A program made the translations under genes and the position numbers. From contig JAUVLP010000003.1 of assembly GCA_030600655.1 (NCBI GenBank), forward strand, positions 1 to 60,851: a stretch of 60,851 nucleotides of DNA. Reading direction: 5' to 3'. Shown here piece by piece: positions 1-9,750 of the stretch (position 1 is its first letter; the number at the start of each line of letters is the position of its first letter). This DNA comes from Candidatus Eiseniibacteriota bacterium. GTDB taxonomy: Bacteria; Joyebacterota; Joyebacteria; Joyebacterales; Joyebacteraceae. Under the pieces are notes generated by a model that had not been told where the DNA came from, did no database searches, and saw only the letters and a list, made by a program, of their open reading frames with translations.

Positions 1-1703
1 TAGGCGTCCGCTCCATCAACAACATTGTTGATGTCACGAATTTCGTGATGCTTGAGTATGGCCACCCTGTCCACGCTTTCGACTACGACAAGCTTCACGA
101 GCACGCCATCTGCATCAGAAAAGCGCACGCCGGGGAGCAGCTGGTCACCCTGGATGGGGAGGAGAGAGACCTCGAAAGTTCGCACCTTCTCATTTGTGAC
201 GCCGCCGGCCCGATCGCGCTGGCGGGAATAATGGGTGGGCAGGCGAGCGAGGTCACGGAAGACACGAGCAACGTGCTTCTCGAGTGTGCCTGGTTCGATC
301 CATCTATTGTACGTAAGGGAGCAGCCGGTCTGGCGCTTCGCTCGGACGCGTCGCAGCGATTTGAGCGGGGAGTGGACCCACTGGTCATGGATGAAGTTGC
401 CGCCAGAGCATGTGCTCTCATGTCCGACCTGGCCGGTGGAGCGGTGGCGCTGGGGAGCGTATCCGTGGGGAGCGGTTCGTACGAACCCGCGAGTATCAGG
501 CTTTCAGTGGACAGAGTGCAGCGGATGCTGGAGCCGGCGGATGTGAGCAACGGGCAGACCGGGTCAGTGCTTGATGCCGGGATCATAGGACAGCACCTCG
601 AGGCTCTGGGTTTCCAGACCGAGGTCGATCGTAGCGATCAAAATGTGCTTCTCGTGACGGTCCCTTCCTGGAGATCTGATGTGACTGAACCGGCGGATCT
701 CATCGAGGAGGTCGTGCGGTTGAACGGGTACGACCGCGTGAAGCCGGAGGTCCCGTTCCAGTCCATGACGCCGGTCAGAAACGATGCGAGGGACGCACGC
801 GAACAGATTCGCGAGATCATGGTGAGACTCGGTCTCTTCGAGGTTATCAACAGCTCCTTCATGGCGGAAGGAGCGGGTGAACGCGCGGGAGTCGATGCAT
901 CGGTCGAAGCGGTTGTGCTGGCGAATCCGGTAAACAAGGAGACGCCCCTTCTCAGGACATCGCTGATGCCGGGGATTCTGGAAGTGGTGCGTGTGAACGC
1001 GAACGCGAGGCAGAGTGCGATACGGATATTTGAGATCGGAAAGACATTTCGTCGCGAGGGTGGGGCGGTCGATGAACGATGGGGTCTGTCAGGCGCTCTC
1101 TGGGGGCCTGCTGAGCGCCCATCCTGGGACAGTAGCTCAAGAGCTGTCGATTTCTACGACGCCAAGGGGCTTGTAGAAGCGCTGGGGGAAGCGCTCAAGG
1201 TTGACACCCTTGAGACCTCCTGCTACGATGGCACAATACTGGATGAGGCTGCCTCAGTCAGATTGTTGATAGGTGGACGGCCACTTGGGTACGTGGGAGC
1301 CGTTTCACAGAGATCGGCGAAAAGCTGGGCGATTCCCGACGGTGTGGTCGTTTTCGAACTCGATGTGAGCACCCTCTCTGGGCAGTGTACGACAGGGAGC
1401 AGCTACGAGGAGTTGCCGCGCTATCCTGCCAGTGGGCGTGATGTTGCCTTGGTTGTGGATTCGGGCGTGGCGGCCGGTGAGATCCTGGATGAGATCCGGC
1501 AACGAGGCAGCGAGCTTCTGGTTGGCATGAGCATATTTGATGTCTATGCCGGAAAGCAGCTTCCAGCCGGTAAGAAGAGCATTGGAATATCGCTGACGTA
1601 CAGATCACGTGAGCGGACGTTGACAGATAGAGAAGTAGACGCGTCACACGACCTCATCGTGAAACACGTGGTCGGGAAGTTCAACGCGACCCTGCGGGAG
1701 TAG
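1..1703 (+). CDS. pheT: Phenylalanyl-tRNA synthetase beta subunit (5' truncated by window edge)
   Basis: Frame open from window start (GVRSINNIVDVTNFVMLEYGHP); B3/4, B5 (VPSWRSDV...DLIEEV), LRTSL and C-terminal FDX-ACB (YP...RDVAL, RTLTD) motifs. Confidence 0.98.
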   Translation, partial: GVRSINNIVDVTNFVMLEYGHPVHAFDYDKLHEHAICIRKAHAGEQLVTLDGEERDLESSHLLICDAAGPIALAGIMGGQASEVTEDTSNVLLECAWFDPSIVRKGAAGLALRSDASQRFERGVDPLVMDEVAARACALMSDLAGGAVALGSVSVGSGSYEPASIRLSVDRVQRMLEPADVSNGQTGSVLDAGIIGQHLEALGFQTEVDRSDQNVLLVTVPSWRSDVTEPADLIEEVVRLNGYDRVKPEVPFQSMTPVRNDARDAREQIREIMVRLGLFEVINSSFMAEGAGERAGVDASVEAVVLANPVNKETPLLRTSLMPGILEVVRVNANARQSAIRIFEIGKTFRREGGAVDERWGLSGALWGPAERPSWDSSSRAVDFYDAKGLVEALGEALKVDTLETSCYDGTILDEAASVRLLIGGRPLGYVGAVSQRSAKSWAIPDGVVVFELDVSTLSGQCTTGSSYEELPRYPASGRDVALVVDSGVAAGEILDEIRQRGSELLVGMSIFDVYAGKQLPAGKKSIGISLTYRSRERTLTDREVDASHDLIVKHVVGKFNATLRE

Positions 1704-1719
1704 GGTACTACGGAGTATC

Positions 1720-1959
1720 ATGGCGATGCAGTTGCCCGGACTTGAAGAACTGGAAGTGCTCGTCAAGAGGGCCGTCGATGAGATCGGGCGGCTCAAGGGT
1801 GAGAACGTCGAGCTCAGTGCGAGGCTCCGGGGTTTAGGAAAGGAGATAGATGACCTTGCGGCGCAGATCCAAGGCGTCGTATCGGGTCAGAAGATTGATT
1901 CCAGAAAGAGGAAGAGGATCGAGAAGAGGCTCGAGTCCATTGTTGAGAAACTGGGCTGA
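1720..1959 (+). CDS. zapB: Short coiled-coil protein, ZapB-like
   Basis: 79 aa heptad pattern (LEELE...V..AV..I..LK.EN..L); position between pheT and zapA; GGAG RBS. Confidence 0.7.
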   Translation: MAMQLPGLEELEVLVKRAVDEIGRLKGENVELSARLRGLGKEIDDLAAQIQGVVSGQKIDSRKRKRIEKRLESIVEKLG

Positions 1960-2078
1960 GATTCAGTGCCCTGCCATTCGCGTCGGTGGTGCTGATCGCG
2001 ACTGGAAATTGTCTGGTGGGAGGAGTCTGTGACCAGCAGACCGACGAGAATTCACCGGGATGCGAGGCCGGGCAGGAT

Positions 2079-2369
2079 ATGAGCGAGATGAGCAGCGTCA
2101 AGGTTGAGATCTATGGCTCGGAGTACAGGATAAGGGGCGATGCCGACCCCGAGCATATTCAGGAGATCGCGCACTACGTTGACAGCAAGATGCGCGAGGT
2201 GACCCATGAGACGGCTCTGGGGTCGTCACTCAAGGTCGCGATCCTGACCGCCCTGAACATCGCCGGGGAGCTTTTCGGCGAGCGTGACGACAGAAACAAG
2301 TTGCTCGCACGCGTCGAGGAGCGTGCCGAAGAAATGGCGCACTCCCTGCTATCCGAGCTGGAGAACTGA
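2079..2369 (+). CDS. zapA: Cell division protein ZapA
   Basis: VKVEIYGSEYRI...IAHYVDSKM...VAILTALNIAGEL motif; start adjusted to ATG 2079. Confidence 0.93.
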   Translation: MSEMSSVKVEIYGSEYRIRGDADPEHIQEIAHYVDSKMREVTHETALGSSLKVAILTALNIAGELFGERDDRNKLLARVEERAEEMAHSLLSELEN

Positions 2370-2575
2370 GTCCTTCGACCTCCTCTTTTTATCCCTTCTG
2401 AAGGGTGAAAGAGGCCGTTCCCACGCAGGGACGGCAGAGGCCGCTGGTGAGATGTCCCGGTGGTCCCCTTCCTCTTCCGGAGCCCAAACGCTCCGGGCAT
2501 ACGTTATCACATCCTGGCCCGGGACACGCCGGGACTTGCATGATCCCGTTCGCCTCTGTTCGGAGGTCGGGAAGG
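2370..2575 (+). ncRNA. ssrS: Probable 6S RNA (about 205 nt rod-like structure)
   Basis: Directly after zapA, a usual ssrS position; nested complementarity CCTTCGACCTCC/GGAGGTCGGGAAGG, GCAGAGGC/GCCTCTGT, GTCCCGG/CCGGGAC, apical CCGGAGC/GCTCCGG. Confidence 0.65.
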
Positions 2576-2610
2576 CTATGCCTCGCAGGTTGAGCGCCGA
2601 GGAGCAGTGT

Positions 2611-3960
2611 ATGGGAACATCGAACACAATCAGCGGCAGTCTCTTCGCTACGTCAGGCGCCGGGCCGGTTCCCGCGGGGTTGTCCCGAAGGCTCAGGCCC
2701 ACCTGTCTGGACGAGTACGTGGGGCAGAAGCACATACTCGGCGCAGGAAAGCTTCTGAGGAGAGCCGTTGAGTCGGATCGACTCTTTTCGATGATTCTCT
2801 ATGGGCCGCCGGGAATAGGGAAGACGTCACTGGGTAATGTGATCGCGAATGCGACCGATTCGACCCTGGTGTCGATGAACGCAGTCGAAGCAGGAGTAGC
2901 CGATCTCCGGCGCGAGGTGGCCCAAGCGGGTCTGCGCGAGCGCCGGCGGACGATTCTGTTCATTGATGAAGTGCATAGATTCAGCAAGGCGCAGCAGGAC
3001 GTTCTCCTGGCTCCTCTCGAGGACGATCTCGTTGTGATGATAGGGGCAACGGTTGAGAACCCGTTCTTCTACCTGAACAAGGCCTTGCTGTCTCGGGTCC
3101 AGGTGTTCAAGCTGGAGCCCTTGTCTGAGGACGAATTGAGAGACATCCTTGGGCGAGCGCTGACGGACCGTGAGCTGGGTCTCGGGGAATACGCGGTGGA
3201 GATGGACGATGATGCTCTCGAGCATTTCGTCGTCAACTCGCTGGGTGATGCCAGGAAGGCCTTGGGGGCACTGGAACTGGCAGTGCTGAGCACGGCTCCG
3301 GACAGAAACGGTGTCGTCAGGGTGACCGGAGATGTGGCCTTCGAGTGTCTGAGAACGCGCGTGGCGAGATACGACCGCGACGGGGACTCGCACTATGATA
3401 TTGCATCGGCCCTTATCAAGAGCATAAGGGGCTCCCAGCCTGACGCAGCGCTGCACTGGATGGCGAGAATGATGGCCGGAGGTGAGGATCCTCGCTTCAT
3501 CGCGAGGCGGTTGGTTATCTCCGCGTCCGAGGATGTCGGTCTGGCGGATCCGGCGGCTCTCGGGATCGCCGTATCGGCTGCAAGAGCTGCCGAGATGCTG
3601 GGTTCACCTGAATCGGCATACCCTCTGGCAGAGGCGGTTGTCTACCTTGCGACCGCTCCGAAGAGCAGAGCATGCGCCGATGCGATAACGGCCGCCATCG
3701 GAGACGTAGAAGAGGGGCACGTCTCTGCCGTCCCGGAGCACCTCAAGAGTGCAGGTTACCGGGGCGCAGGAAGGCTCGGACGGGGAGAGGAATATGTGAT
3801 GCCCGCGTCTGAGGCCGAAGGCCGGAAACAAGTGTACATGGATGCAGACCGGGTCTACTACCGGCCCGGAGAAACAGGGTATGAAAGGGAGGTCCGGGAG
3901 CGTCTCGCGTTATGGGACGAGGTTTCACCCGACAGCCTGCTTGGCGGTGGGCAGAAGTAG
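2611..3960 (+). CDS. rarA: Replication-associated recombination protein A (MgsA/RarA AAA+ ATPase)
   Basis: [13 protein letters not shown], Walker [38 protein letters not shown]; start estimated. Confidence 0.95.
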   Translation: MGTSNTISGSLFATSGAGPVPAGLSRRLRPTCLDEYVGQKHILGAGKLLRRAVESDRLFSMILYGPPGIGKTSLGNVIANATDSTLVSMNAVEAGVADLRREVAQAGLRERRRTILFIDEVHRFSKAQQDVLLAPLEDDLVVMIGATVENPFFYLNKALLSRVQVFKLEPLSEDELRDILGRALTDRELGLGEYAVEMDDDALEHFVVNSLGDARKALGALELAVLSTAPDRNGVVRVTGDVAFECLRTRVARYDRDGDSHYDIASALIKSIRGSQPDAALHWMARMMAGGEDPRFIARRLVISASEDVGLADPAALGIAVSAARAAEMLGSPESAYPLAEAVVYLATAPKSRACADAITAAIGDVEEGHVSAVPEHLKSAGYRGAGRLGRGEEYVMPASEAEGRKQVYMDADRVYYRPGETGYEREVRERLALWDEVSPDSLLGGGQK

Positions 3961-4019
3961 ACCGGGTGGGATCCACTCCAAGGGATCGCAATTACGATAG
4001 AGTGGAGGGGAAGCACACA

Positions 4020-5582
4020 ATGAATCCAATGTTGACAGCAGTAGCCACGTTTGTGGGAGGAGCCCTTGTTTTTCTGACCGGTTGGTTCGCGCGCAAGCTC
4101 GTCGACCGGGGGAAGGTCGTCAGCGCCGAGGAACTGGCCGAGAAGATCGTGCGCGAGGCGCAGCGTGAGGCCGAGACGCAAAAGAAGGCCGCGATCCTCG
4201 AGGCGAAAGACGAATGGTATAGGGCCAAGGCGAAGTTCGAAGAGGAGACTGCCCAGACCAAGGCCGAGCAGGAGAAACTCCAGCGCCAGATGGAAAAGCG
4301 CGAGGGCAATCTCAGCAGGAAAGTCGAATTCGTAGAGAAGAAGGAGAAGGAAGTCGACAAGAAGGAAATGGAAGTTTCCGAGAAGGAGACTTCCATTGAG
4401 GAACGTTCCGGGAAACTGTCGGGACTGATAGAGGAACAGAATGAGCGGCTCGAGCGGATCGCGGGGATGAACCGTGATGATGCGAAGAAACTTCTGATAA
4501 GGAACATGGAAAGCGACGCGCGGCTCGAGGCGGCGCGGTTGATCAAGGACATAAAGGACGATGCGAGACGGCAGGGCGACAAGTCTGCAAAAGAAATCCT
4601 GACATTGGCCATACAGCGATGTGCGGCCGATCACGTTGTGGAGTCGACGGTTTCCGTCGTCCATCTCCCGAGCGATGAGATGAAGGGTCGCATCATCGGT
4701 CGTGAAGGGCGCAACATCAGGGCCTTCGAGACGGCTACAGGCATAGACGTCATTGTCGACGACACTCCGGAAGCTGTGATCCTGTCAGGCTTCGATCCAG
4801 TTCGACGCGAGGTTGCCCGAATTGCTCTCGAGAAACTGATCACTGATGGACGTATCCATCCCGGTAGGATCGAGGAAGTTGTCGAAAAGGTTGCCAAGGA
4901 ACTCGACGCGCAGATTGTGGAGTTCGGTGAGGCGGCGGCGCTTGATGTCGGCATCCACGACCTCAAGCCGGAGATGGTGAAGTTGCTCGGGCGGTTGAGG
5001 TATCGCACGAGCTACGGGCAGAACGTGCTGCAGCATTCGAAGGAGGTCGCCTATCTCTGTAGCCTGATGGCGGGTGAACTCGGACTGGATGTGACCACGG
5101 CAAAGAGAGCAGGACTTCTTCACGATATCGGCAAGGCGGTCGATCAGTCGATGGAAGGAACGCACGCTGCGCTGGGGGCGGAGCTCGCTCATCGCTACGG
5201 GGAGGAGGACATCGTCGTGAACGCTATCGAGTCACACCACGAAGATGTCGAGCCGACCTCGACCATCGCTGTTCTGGTTCAGGCCGGTGATGCCGTATCC
5301 GGCGCGCGGCCGGGAGCAAGGCGTGAGACTCTGGAGACCTACATCAAGAGGCTTGAGAAACTCGAGCAGATCGCGGATTCCTTCCAGGGTGTCGAGAAGT
5401 CATTTGCTATCCAGGCGGGGCGCGAGATACGGATCATGGTGCAACACAGGAAGATCGATGATGCGAGGGCTGAGGTTCTTGCTTCTGCAGTGGCCAGAAA
5501 AATTGAGGCTGAGCTCAAGTATCCAGGGCAGATCAAGGTTGTTGTCCTGAGGGAGATGCGAGCGGTCGACTACGCCAAGTAG
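4020..5582 (+). CDS. rny: Ribonuclease Y
   Basis: N-terminal TM, coiled coil, KH domain ([13 protein letters not shown]), HD domain ([19 protein letters not shown]). Confidence 0.98.
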   Translation: MNPMLTAVATFVGGALVFLTGWFARKLVDRGKVVSAEELAEKIVREAQREAETQKKAAILEAKDEWYRAKAKFEEETAQTKAEQEKLQRQMEKREGNLSRKVEFVEKKEKEVDKKEMEVSEKETSIEERSGKLSGLIEEQNERLERIAGMNRDDAKKLLIRNMESDARLEAARLIKDIKDDARRQGDKSAKEILTLAIQRCAADHVVESTVSVVHLPSDEMKGRIIGREGRNIRAFETATGIDVIVDDTPEAVILSGFDPVRREVARIALEKLITDGRIHPGRIEEVVEKVAKELDAQIVEFGEAAALDVGIHDLKPEMVKLLGRLRYRTSYGQNVLQHSKEVAYLCSLMAGELGLDVTTAKRAGLLHDIGKAVDQSMEGTHAALGAELAHRYGEEDIVVNAIESHHEDVEPTSTIAVLVQAGDAVSGARPGARRETLETYIKRLEKLEQIADSFQGVEKSFAIQAGREIRIMVQHRKIDDARAEVLASAVARKIEAELKYPGQIKVVVLREMRAVDYAK

Positions 5583-5603
5583 CTTCGGAAAGGGGATCCC
5601 TGT

Positions 5604-6383
5604 TTGAGGATTCTTTTCGTTGGGGACATCGTCGGGAAGCCCGGCCGGGATGGATTAGCAACGCTTCTGCCCGGGCTCGTGCGCATGCACAGTGTGGATT
5701 TCACGATAGTTAACGGCGAGAACGCGGCCGGAGGTCTGGGAATCACCGAGAAGACAGCCGCCGATATCTTCAGGGCGGGTGCCGATGTAGTCACCGGTGG
5801 GAACCATACGTGGCACAGGCGAGACGTCGTTTCCCTCCTGGAAGCCGACGAGCGGGTTCTCAGGCCTGCCAACTATCCACCGGGACTGCCGGGGAGGGGA
5901 CACGGCCTGTTCGACACGCGGGGAGGAGTCCCCGTTGGTGTCGTGAACCTGCAGGGGCGTATCTTCATGCAGGGCATCGACTGCCCGTTTCGCGTGGGGA
6001 GTGAGCTTGTGGAGGGGCTCAGACGCAAAGCGCCCATTGTCGTGGTCGACATGCATGCTGAGGCAACTGCAGAAAAGCTGGCGCTCGGATGGCATCTGGC
6101 CGGCCGGGCCACGGCCGTACTCGGTACGCACACCCACATACAGACGGCAGACGAGCGGATTCTCAATGGGCATACCGCCTACATCACGGATGTGGGTATG
6201 ACTGGTCCGGCTGATTCCGTCATAGGTGTGAGAAAGGAGCTCTCGATCGCCCGGTTCCTGACTCAACTTCCGCAGCGCTTTGAAGTCGCCGGCGGGGATG
6301 TGGAACTCAACGCGGTGCTGATTGATGCAGACGAGGTGACTGGGGCTGCACGCGAGATCAAGCGAATCGTCGCGCAGTGCTAG
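5604..6383 (+). CDS. ymdB: YmdB-family metallophosphoesterase (TIGR00282)
   Basis: GDIVG.PGR, NGENAAGG, GNH, DMHAEATAEK, GTHTHIQTADE; follows rny. Confidence 0.95.
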   Translation: MRILFVGDIVGKPGRDGLATLLPGLVRMHSVDFTIVNGENAAGGLGITEKTAADIFRAGADVVTGGNHTWHRRDVVSLLEADERVLRPANYPPGLPGRGHGLFDTRGGVPVGVVNLQGRIFMQGIDCPFRVGSELVEGLRRKAPIVVVDMHAEATAEKLALGWHLAGRATAVLGTHTHIQTADERILNGHTAYITDVGMTGPADSVIGVRKELSIARFLTQLPQRFEVAGGDVELNAVLIDADEVTGAAREIKRIVAQC

Positions 6384-6470
6384 TACGCGCCTGTGCAGTG
6401 CTGGACTGCGTTCGTCTAGCGGCAGCGTGTGTTTGTACAACGCCGGCTTGCGCTCGCAAGGAGGGGTCGA

Positions 6471-7358
6471 TTGGAGACACGAATCCTCAAGGGAAGGCCG
6501 ATTGCCGCTGAGATACGCGAAGAGGTGAGCGTGCGGTCGACGGCATTGAGAGATCGTGGCATTGTTCCCACACTCTCCATTGTTCAGATTGGGGATGACC
6601 CAGCCTCGGAGATCTACTCGTCAAGCATCCAGAAGGCTGGAGACAAGCGTGGAGTGAACGTCGTCCTGTCCAGGCTCTCCGGTGAAAGTTCGGCCGCACA
6701 GGTGGCCGGACTGATCGCGGTGTTGGGGGCGGATCCGTCAGTTCACGGCATCATTGCGCTGAAGCCTCTTCCGCACGGGATTTCGAGCGACGTTCTGGAG
6801 GGAATCCCACCCGCCAAGGATGTCGACGGGGCGACCGTGAGAAATCTGGGACTCCTTGTTACAGGACGTCCGGCTTATGCACCATGTACGGCTCAGGCCG
6901 TTGTCGAGATGCTTGTTCGATCAGGGATTGAGATCAGCAGCCGGCATGTCGTCATTGTTGGCAGGAGTCCGGTCGTTGGTCGCCCCTTGGCGAACATGCT
7001 TCTGAGAAAAGCTGATAACGCGAACGCAACTGTCACAGTCTGTCACACTCGGACGCGCGATCTCTCAACACACACGAGGACGGCCGACATCCTTGTTGCA
7101 GCGATGGGTGTTCCAGAGGCTATCCGCGGGGATATGCTGGCAGATGGAGTTGTCATTGTGGATGTGGGCGTTAACCGCATAGACGATGCGTCATCCGAGC
7201 GAGGATACAGAGTGGTCGGAGATGTGGCGTTCGATGAGGCGCTGGGCGTTGCTGCCGCCATTACCCCTGTTCCCGGAGGTGTGGGGACACTGACGACTTC
7301 CCTTCTCCTGCTCAACACTGTTGATGCCGCGATGCGGACTGATACCAAGGCCTCTTGA
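6471..7358 (+). CDS. folD: Methylenetetrahydrofolate dehydrogenase (FolD family)
   Basis: KDVDG, PCT, GRS.VVGRP, NATVTVCH, ITPVPGGVG; AGGAGG RBS before TTG 6471. Confidence 0.95.
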   Translation: METRILKGRPIAAEIREEVSVRSTALRDRGIVPTLSIVQIGDDPASEIYSSSIQKAGDKRGVNVVLSRLSGESSAAQVAGLIAVLGADPSVHGIIALKPLPHGISSDVLEGIPPAKDVDGATVRNLGLLVTGRPAYAPCTAQAVVEMLVRSGIEISSRHVVIVGRSPVVGRPLANMLLRKADNANATVTVCHTRTRDLSTHTRTADILVAAMGVPEAIRGDMLADGVVIVDVGVNRIDDASSERGYRVVGDVAFDEALGVAAAITPVPGGVGTLTTSLLLLNTVDAAMRTDTKAS

Positions 7359-8611
7359 GGTTCCCCGTGATGGAGCTGGATTTGGAACGTGAGCAGGAGA
7401 ACAGAGTCCTCACCGTGAGCCAGGTGACGGGGATGGTGAAGTCCGTGCTCGAGTCATCGCTTTCCCTCTTCTGGGTAGAAGGTGAAATCTCGAATTTCGT
7501 CCACCACAGTTCAGGGCACATGTACTTCACACTGAAAGATGAGAGCAGTCGACTCTCGTCCATCATGTTCAAGCATAGGAACGCCAGGCTGCCCTTTGTC
7601 CCGGAGGATGGGATGAAGATCGTTGCCTGGGGCGGCATCAAGGTCTACGAGCCCGCCGGGAAATACCAGTTGTACGTCGAGCAGATGAGGCCGGCCGGTG
7701 TGGGTGAACTCGCGGCAGCCTACGAGAAGCTCAAGCGCAGGTTGCAGGAGGAAGGGCTGTTCGACGGCTCAGCGAAGAAAGCGTTGCCTGAGTTCCCCAA
7801 GACCGTGGCCGTTATCACATCTCCAACGGGCGCTGCTGTACGTGATGTGATCCGCGTTGTTGGAGCGCGCTATCCGTTGACGAGCCTGGTTGTTGTGCCG
7901 ACTCGGGTTCAAGGCGCCGACGCGGTCCCCGAGATCGTTGAGGCCATTGAGGCCGTTGATGGATGGGGTGGAGCGGAGGTTATCATCGTTGGAAGGGGAG
8001 GGGGGTCGTTGGAGGACCTCTGGGCCTTCAATGACGAATCGGTCGCACGCGCCATCTTCGCTTGCGGAACACCGATCATTTCCGCTGTCGGGCATGAAGT
8101 GGATTTTACAATAAGCGATTTCGTGGCGGATGTGCGGGCGGCGACACCCTCCAGTGCTGGAGAGATTGTCGTTCGCGATCGCGCCGATCTGGCGCGTGAG
8201 ATCGAAGGTTTGGCGGCCAGACTGGAAACCGCCGTCAAGTTCATAACAGGCAGACTGTCGGATAGACTGAGGGTACTGAGGACCGCCTATGGGTTCAGAC
8301 TCCCTGCGGAGTTCGTCGAGCGCTTGTCGCAGACCGTGGATGACCTCGAGAGACGATTGAGAGCAGCTGCCGGTGTCTGCCTGGAGCGAGCGACGGGGGA
8401 ACTTGAGCGTCTACGAACCGGTTTGCGATTATCGGATCCTGCACACATCATGGCGCGCGGCTATGCCGCCGTCGGGATGCTTCCGTCGCTCAAGCCGGTG
8501 CGTTCCGTGGGTGATGTTGGTGCTGGCACTGGGGTCAGGGTAACGGTTGCCGACGGTTGGTTTGACGGTACCGTGGGAGAGGTGACACGGAAGCGGGGGA
8601 GGGAGCATTGA
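7355..8611 (+). CDS. xseA: Exodeoxyribonuclease VII large subunit
   Basis: WVEGEISNF, SGHMYFTLKD, GRGGGSLEDLWAFN, SAVGHEVD, RAATPS. Confidence 0.97.
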   Translation: MRFPVMELDLEREQENRVLTVSQVTGMVKSVLESSLSLFWVEGEISNFVHHSSGHMYFTLKDESSRLSSIMFKHRNARLPFVPEDGMKIVAWGGIKVYEPAGKYQLYVEQMRPAGVGELAAAYEKLKRRLQEEGLFDGSAKKALPEFPKTVAVITSPTGAAVRDVIRVVGARYPLTSLVVVPTRVQGADAVPEIVEAIEAVDGWGGAEVIIVGRGGGSLEDLWAFNDESVARAIFACGTPIISAVGHEVDFTISDFVADVRAATPSSAGEIVVRDRADLAREIEGLAARLETAVKFITGRLSDRLRVLRTAYGFRLPAEFVERLSQTVDDLERRLRAAAGVCLERATGELERLRTGLRLSDPAHIMARGYAAVGMLPSLKPVRSVGDVGAGTGVRVTVADGWFDGTVGEVTRKRGREH

Positions 8612-8847
8612 CCAAGACGAAACCCACCTTTGAAAGCGAACTGGAGAGGCTCGAGAAGTTCGTAGACAGACTGGAAAATGGAGAACTCGGACTCGAGGAG
8701 TCCCTGGATGCATTTGAAGAAGGAGCAAAGCTGGCGAAATCGCTGACAAAGATGCTGGACAAGGCACAGATGAGAGTACTGAAGCTCACCACCGATGGGC
8801 AGGGCGAGTTTCTGCTGGATGAATTCGAGGGAGACACGGGGGGGTAG
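8608..8847 (+). CDS. xseB: Exodeoxyribonuclease VII small subunit
   Basis: TFES.L.RLE..V.RLE.G.L.LEESL.AFEEG. Confidence 0.95.
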   Translation: MTKTKPTFESELERLEKFVDRLENGELGLEESLDAFEEGAKLAKSLTKMLDKAQMRVLKLTTDGQGEFLLDEFEGDTGG

Positions 8848-8848
8848 T

Positions 8849-9736
8849 GTGTTGGAATCTCTCAGTTCATATATGGCGGAGAGGCGTGGGGTTGTAGAGG
8901 ATGCGCTCGAGTCCTTTCTCCCGGAATCCGGGGGGCGGTACTCGCGCCTCACGGACGCGATGCGCTACAGCGTTTTCTCCGGGGGGAAGAGGCTCAGGCC
9001 GATTCTTGCGATCGCGGCTTTTGAGATAGTGGGCGGAGAGGGAGATGCGGTGCTCGCCCCGGCCTGCGCGACTGAGCTCATCCACACGTATTCGCTCATC
9101 CACGATGACCTGCCGGCAATGGATGATGACGATCTCAGACGCGGCCGTCCGACTTGTCACAAGGAATTCGATGATGCGCTGGCCATTCTCGCTGGCGACG
9201 CCCTACTGACACTGGCATTCGGGATAGTGACTCAGGAGGACGTCCTTCCGCCAGAGCGTGCTGCAGCCATCGTCCGCGAACTTGCGGGCGCCAACGGTCA
9301 CGGAGGAATGTTGGGTGGGCAGGCAGCTGACATAGCGATGGAGGGAGAGCTCCCGGACATCGGGGCTATCGAGTACATCCACGGACACAAGACCGGCGCG
9401 CCGGTTGCGGCAGCGGTGAGGGTTGGCGCCATGGCTGCCGGAGCCAAGAGCATCGATATGGAGCGGCTGACGGCGTATGGGGAGAGGATAGGCATGGCTT
9501 TCCAGATCGCCGATGACCTGCTTGACGAAAGAGGCACGGCAGAGGAGATGGGCAAGGCCGTCGGCAAGGATCGTGACCACGGCAAGATGACGTATCCTGG
9601 AGTTGTGGGAGCGGAGTCAGCGGTGATTCGTGCGCAGGAACTCGTGGACGACGCGATTCAATCGCTCGATGCGTACGGGGAGCGCGTGTGGGCGCTCGCC
9701 GAGATCGCTCGATTCATAGTTGACCGCCGCAACTGA
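8849..9736 (+). CDS. ispA: Farnesyl/geranylgeranyl diphosphate synthase
   Basis: [39 protein letters not shown]; xseB-ispA-dxs synteny. Confidence 0.95.
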   Translation: MLESLSSYMAERRGVVEDALESFLPESGGRYSRLTDAMRYSVFSGGKRLRPILAIAAFEIVGGEGDAVLAPACATELIHTYSLIHDDLPAMDDDDLRRGRPTCHKEFDDALAILAGDALLTLAFGIVTQEDVLPPERAAAIVRELAGANGHGGMLGGQAADIAMEGELPDIGAIEYIHGHKTGAPVAAAVRVGAMAAGAKSIDMERLTAYGERIGMAFQIADDLLDERGTAEEMGKAVGKDRDHGKMTYPGVVGAESAVIRAQELVDDAIQSLDAYGERVWALAEIARFIVDRRN

Positions 9737-9750
9737 CTGTTGGAGCTTTG

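Noticed and set aside
2284-2610. Long N-terminal extension of RarA in the ORF track
   Set aside because: Overlaps zapA and the structured 6S-like RNA; homology starts near RLRP
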